Below are positions 59,896 through 64,000 of a stretch of DNA of 64,000 nt, piece by piece. The position numbers were made by a program, and so were the translations under genes. The DNA is from Curvularia clavata (Eukaryota), in contig CP089274.1 of the NCBI GenBank assembly GCA_023920165.1, positions 3,720,001-3,784,000 of the forward strand. Reading direction: 5' to 3'. Each line of letters opens with the position of its first letter. Within the stretch, counting starts at the first letter, position 1. The notes beneath the pieces were generated by a model. It did no database searches, was not told the origin of the DNA, and worked only from the letters and a program-made list of their open reading frames with translations.

Positions 59896-61955
59896 TTAAC
59901 CGCCCAGCACGCCCTGCGCAGCGTGGCCCACCATCCCACCGAGTTGACCGAAGAAAATGGATTTCAGAATGGTCTCACCTTCTCCCACTGCCCACATGCC
60001 TGCCTCACTCAGCTTCTCGCGCCAGATGTGTTTCTCCTCCTTACTGAGCTCGTCCCACCTCCTTGCTTCTGTATGTTTCTTCAACACCTCCTCGTCTCCT
60101 GCATGTACTTCTGTGCTGAGGGTGCCATCTGATTCAGCGTCGTGGTGAATCACCAAAGCTTTCGGCTCAGACGGAGCCTCTGCTGATTCGGCCTTGTCGG
60201 ATAAGACATGCGGGAGGTGGATATGCAATAGATCGGCGATGCGATGCGACGTCTTCACTACTGGCGAATCCGCATTGTTGAGGACAACCTGGTGGCGTTT
60301 GTCCCGCAGAGTCTCGCCAAACGACTTGTGCTGGCCAGCTGCATTCTGTAGACCAGCCGGAAGTATGCCCTTGGTCAGGTTGCCTTCAGGATCCACAAGT
60401 GACTGTAACAACAGCGCTATTACCGCTACAACCATGGCTGCGACGAGGTATGTTGCTGCTGTAAACAAGTTTCTCGACTGCGCGGTCTGGAGAACATGAC
60501 GTGACCCAATATTTTGCAGTGTGAAGGTTTCCACACTAATCGTGTTCCCCAGGCTAGTACTCGCCAGACGAAGGTATTGGGGTGGTGGCTGGCGACCGTT
60601 AGGGGTCTCCGGCTTGTAGAACGGTGAAAAGACAACTTTAGTCATTTGGAAATCGTGAACCTAGCTCCGGTCAGCCTCTACAAGTAGTAATTGCCAGTCT
60701 TCCATCTTACGTTGTCGTAGCTGCTGAACGAGTGGAAACTGCTCAACGAATCTCTCTCCGGGCCATGGTAATCCATAGTGTAAACTGTCAAGGACATATC
60801 GATCGCTGCTATAGCAATGACAATTTGGTAGGCGCCTTGGTTGTCCAAGTCGAGGAGACTAACGTCCATATCTGTTGCAGCCTTGACATGCTTGGGCAGA
60901 ACCTTGCGCAAAGCAATACTGCCCCCGTCCTGGTAGAAGTGAAAAAGCAGCAACTCCACTCCAGACCTGTTGGGTTTATTCGCCAGTAGTAGTAGATGCT
61001 TTGGCGAAAGCCACCGTATACACCTCAGCTTGCTTCTCGCACCCCCTACCTGAGGTATTGTGTAGACCCTCCTATGTTCATTCCTGGTCTTTGTCTTGCG
61101 CTGCTCAAAATCGTAGTTTACTTCTTGTACAAAAACGTCCTGGTCTGTCACATAGGCTAGCCGAAATCGACCTTCCTCTTGTGTGAAGATGTCAACATCA
61201 TTCGCTTCTTGCCCTTTCTGCAACTTAATGCGTTCTATTACGTCTTGGTTTGCCGGCTTGGTAGACGTTGCGTTAAAAATGACGACCTCGTTCTCATCGC
61301 CCGCAAGACCAGAGGCAATGGCTCCAATCCTTTTATTAGGCGCGCTTGTCGTTGTTCTTGGTGGCGGCGACAGCCGAATTATGCGTTGGTACCCCTCCTT
61401 CTTTGCGCCGATTGATTGCGGGGTTGTAAGAAGTGTCGTCTTGCTGAGAAACTCTATATTACCATCGGCTTTCTCTGCGCCACTGCCAGCTGCCTTGCTC
61501 TTGGGAAAGCGTAGCTCAAAGGCGCGCAAGTGTTCATTCCTTCCAGCCAAGCGGTCCTCCTCGCTGCTGTTATTACCCGCGAACAAAATTAGGCCATCCT
61601 TGGTAGAGAGATTCTCCAAACAGGTGATTGAATCGTCCTTGCTCGCTTCAATCTCAGCAATGGATTCTACGGTCGGCGCTCGGGAGCTGAAGTCGAATGC
61701 AGTGATCTGGTTTTTGACGCCGGTACGCCCAGCCTAAACAACAAGCCGCGGTCAGTATGCACCTGTGCAAGGGACTTTATTCGGACTTGATACTCACACC
61801 TCCGCCACCGCCTACTACGAGGACCCCGGGCCTGTTGTTGGCGAATGTGGCCGCGAAGATGGGGTAGCTTGCTGCTGTCGTCAGCCGGCTTGCACTTGCG
61901 ATCGCATAGGCAGCGCGAACATACTCTTAGCTTTCGAGACGGTAGGTCGCGACAT
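59896..61955 (-). CDS. SEC12: Sec12/PREB-like WD40 guanine-nucleotide exchange factor for Sar1
   Basis: MSRPTVSKAK|TSYPIFAATF...LVVGGGGG|AGRTGVKNQI (Gly-rich K-loop); beta-propeller-like body, one TM segment (YLVAAMVVAVIALLL), lumenal tail; three introns. Confidence 0.8.
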
Positions 61956-62861
61956 TGAATTGTGTTGATATTGCGCGACGCACGGTACGTTGCTTCCGTT
62001 GTCCAAGCTCCGCGATCAATCTGGCTGGGTGCGCGGGGCGGGCTTTGGGAAATGTGACCTCGGTAGGAATGTCTCGCGCTGAGATCAGAGTGCTTTCGAG
62101 GAAGACGTCACGGGCGTTGGTTATAGGAAAAGGATCGGGCTCTTGGTTCTGTCCACGTTGCGCGCCAGGAAATCAACAAGCCACTGGCGCAAGCGTCATC
62201 GTTGTGGCCAGTTTCATAGCAGCCCCATGGCTTATCGATAGGGCTGAAACAACCTCGATGCCTCCCAGGATGAGCCATCAGCATCTATCGACTAATACAG
62301 AGGATATCGCATGGCACGCTGCAGACAGACGATTTATGTAATGATCACGTATCATTACAACCTAGAACAGAAAATGCTATCTACTATGGTCTTTGCCCTA
62401 AGGCAACAACGTCGTCATACGCATGCCGTCATCATTCCAAACATGGTGCCCTCTCGTGGATATCGTCCTCCTCTTTTTGATAATCATTCATGCCAACACA
62501 CGCCAGAAACAACGCCGACAGACACCTACTGGTACCAGCAGCCGGAACAAACCTCCGGCTCACATCTTCTTCCGTGAAAAATCAAAACGCCAGGATGCTC
62601 GCTAATTGGAATCCAAGAAATCTCCTAGACCTCAACCTTCCCTCTTTCTCTTGACATGGGCAACCTTTTACCTGTGGATCTTCTCCGCTGTATTCGTCTG
62701 CCATATGCATGATCGCCTGTATGTATTTGGAGTCTAGGCACCACAACCCAAGCAGCCAAGGGTCGCTACAATCAGCTGCACTGAATCAAGACGCACATGC
62801 AGACCACATCGGTGGACTGTTCGTTTTCATTGGGGCAAATGATATGGTTGTTGGAACCATT

Positions 62862-64000
62862 CTACTGCGGGATTGGCAATGGCTGTCCATTGGCGGCGGC
62901 AGCCCGTGCTTCGGCTTGGGCCTGTGCAATGACATCAGCCTGGTGAACGGCACTTTGCACGACTTGCTGCTCCTCTGGGCTCAGGTTCTTGGTAAGATCC
63001 TCGTAGAGGGCAGGCTGCTCTTGCTGTAGACCTGCACATTGTTAACATATGCTCTGGCACGTTAATGCGACAAACTTACGGAGCAGCGCATGCTTGAACA
63101 TGCCATATGGCTCGACCTTGTCAAGCGGTGTCTCTAAGAGGCTCTCCTCCTCCAGCTCATCGTCATCCTCGTCGTCAAGTGAGCTGAACTTCTGTGCCTA
63201 TGGCTTGTCAGATTTAAACCATAACTTGGGAACAAGTTTCTTACCTCTTCATTCAAGAAGTCGAGATAAGCGGCACTCTCGTCTTTGACGTCCTCGGCTT
63301 CATCGGCTTCGTTGCTCCAATCAGCTTCTTGTTCCCACTCTTCATCTTCCTCCTCTTCGAATTCGGCCGAGTAGTCAAATGTGTCTTCCTTCTTGGCTTC
63401 CTCACGGTCTGTGTATACGTTAGTACCGATACGTAATAAGACTTTGTTCGGGAACTCACTCTTCAGTGCTGCAGGGAGCGTTTGGAACAACCGTGTGACG
63501 CCCTGCAACAGACGTGGCCAACCCTGCTGTACACTGACTGGAACATCCTGAGCTCTCAGGGTAAGGAGTGCACAGATTGCCGAGATACACAGCTTCTTGT
63601 CGTGAACTCGAGTGAAGTGGTCAATGCTGGAGAACCAGAGACTGAAGAACTTGTTGGTCCATCCGTTGGACTCAAGGACGTGCAATGCCAATGCAGGATT
63701 GTAGTAAATGGAGTTGATGATCACCTCCATCAGATGTATCCGCAGGGACTTGACCTTGGGCTCCTCATTAGTTAGGACGTGCATGGTCAGTCCGATGAAT
63801 TCCGGAATATAGTCATCGACGGAACCGCGCATGTTGAGCATGATGATTTCGGCCAATTTGCAGCCGCAGATGCGATCAACGCCGCCGACCTTGTCATCCT
63901 TGAAAATTGTCCTGACCATGTCGACAATAGCATCAAGATACGATCGGTTTTGAACCAACATGGGAGTACCGTAGTTGACGAAGTTCTCAAGTGCCGGAAG
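62862..64000 (-). CDS. NMD5: Importin-7/8 family karyopherin (Nmd5/Sxm1-like), C-terminal part
   Basis: LENFVNYG, EVIINSIYYNP, FTRVHDKKL, acidic loop, YLDFLNEE, LLETPLDKVEPY; stop at 62862-62864; 5' part lies beyond the window. Confidence 0.88.

Overview
Gene-dense, intron-containing (GT-AG, CTRAY branch sites) DNA from a filamentous ascomycete; a Dothideomycete/Pleosporales origin is my inference from the gene content. I can support about 23 protein-coding genes. Conserved genes: ARL1, SSF1 and RRP3 (head-to-head), TRM1, TOR kinase, SEC12-like GEF, NMD5/importin-7-like (truncated by the window edge), HRI1, Rds1-like, PAQR/IZH, DUF967/GlcG-like and Hva1/TUDOR-like. Transport and metabolism genes: MFS sugar/quinate porter, MCH-type MFS, SLAC1/Mae1, a cytochrome P450, a PTH11-like receptor and a DUF3433 protein. 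Several genes have no function I can assign. Most interesting observations: (1) an AUG-less, in-frame, mitochondrial-presequence-like 40-codon extension on TRM1 starting at a CUG in strong context; (2) an AT-richer insert at about 36.3-40.1 kb with a divergent gene pair, a permuted-papain (PPPDE/LRAT-like) His/Cys protein with C-terminal TM helices plus a small 4-TM protein; (3) two tandem, deeply diverged paralogs of an unrecognised family sharing both terminal domains and an intron position; (4) a 165-bp MITE-like element upstream of the Mae1 gene; (5) the RRP3-SSF1 divergent pair also seen in budding yeast. I found no rRNA, tRNA, CRISPR array or intact transposon. Exon boundaries were read by eye and no database searches were run.
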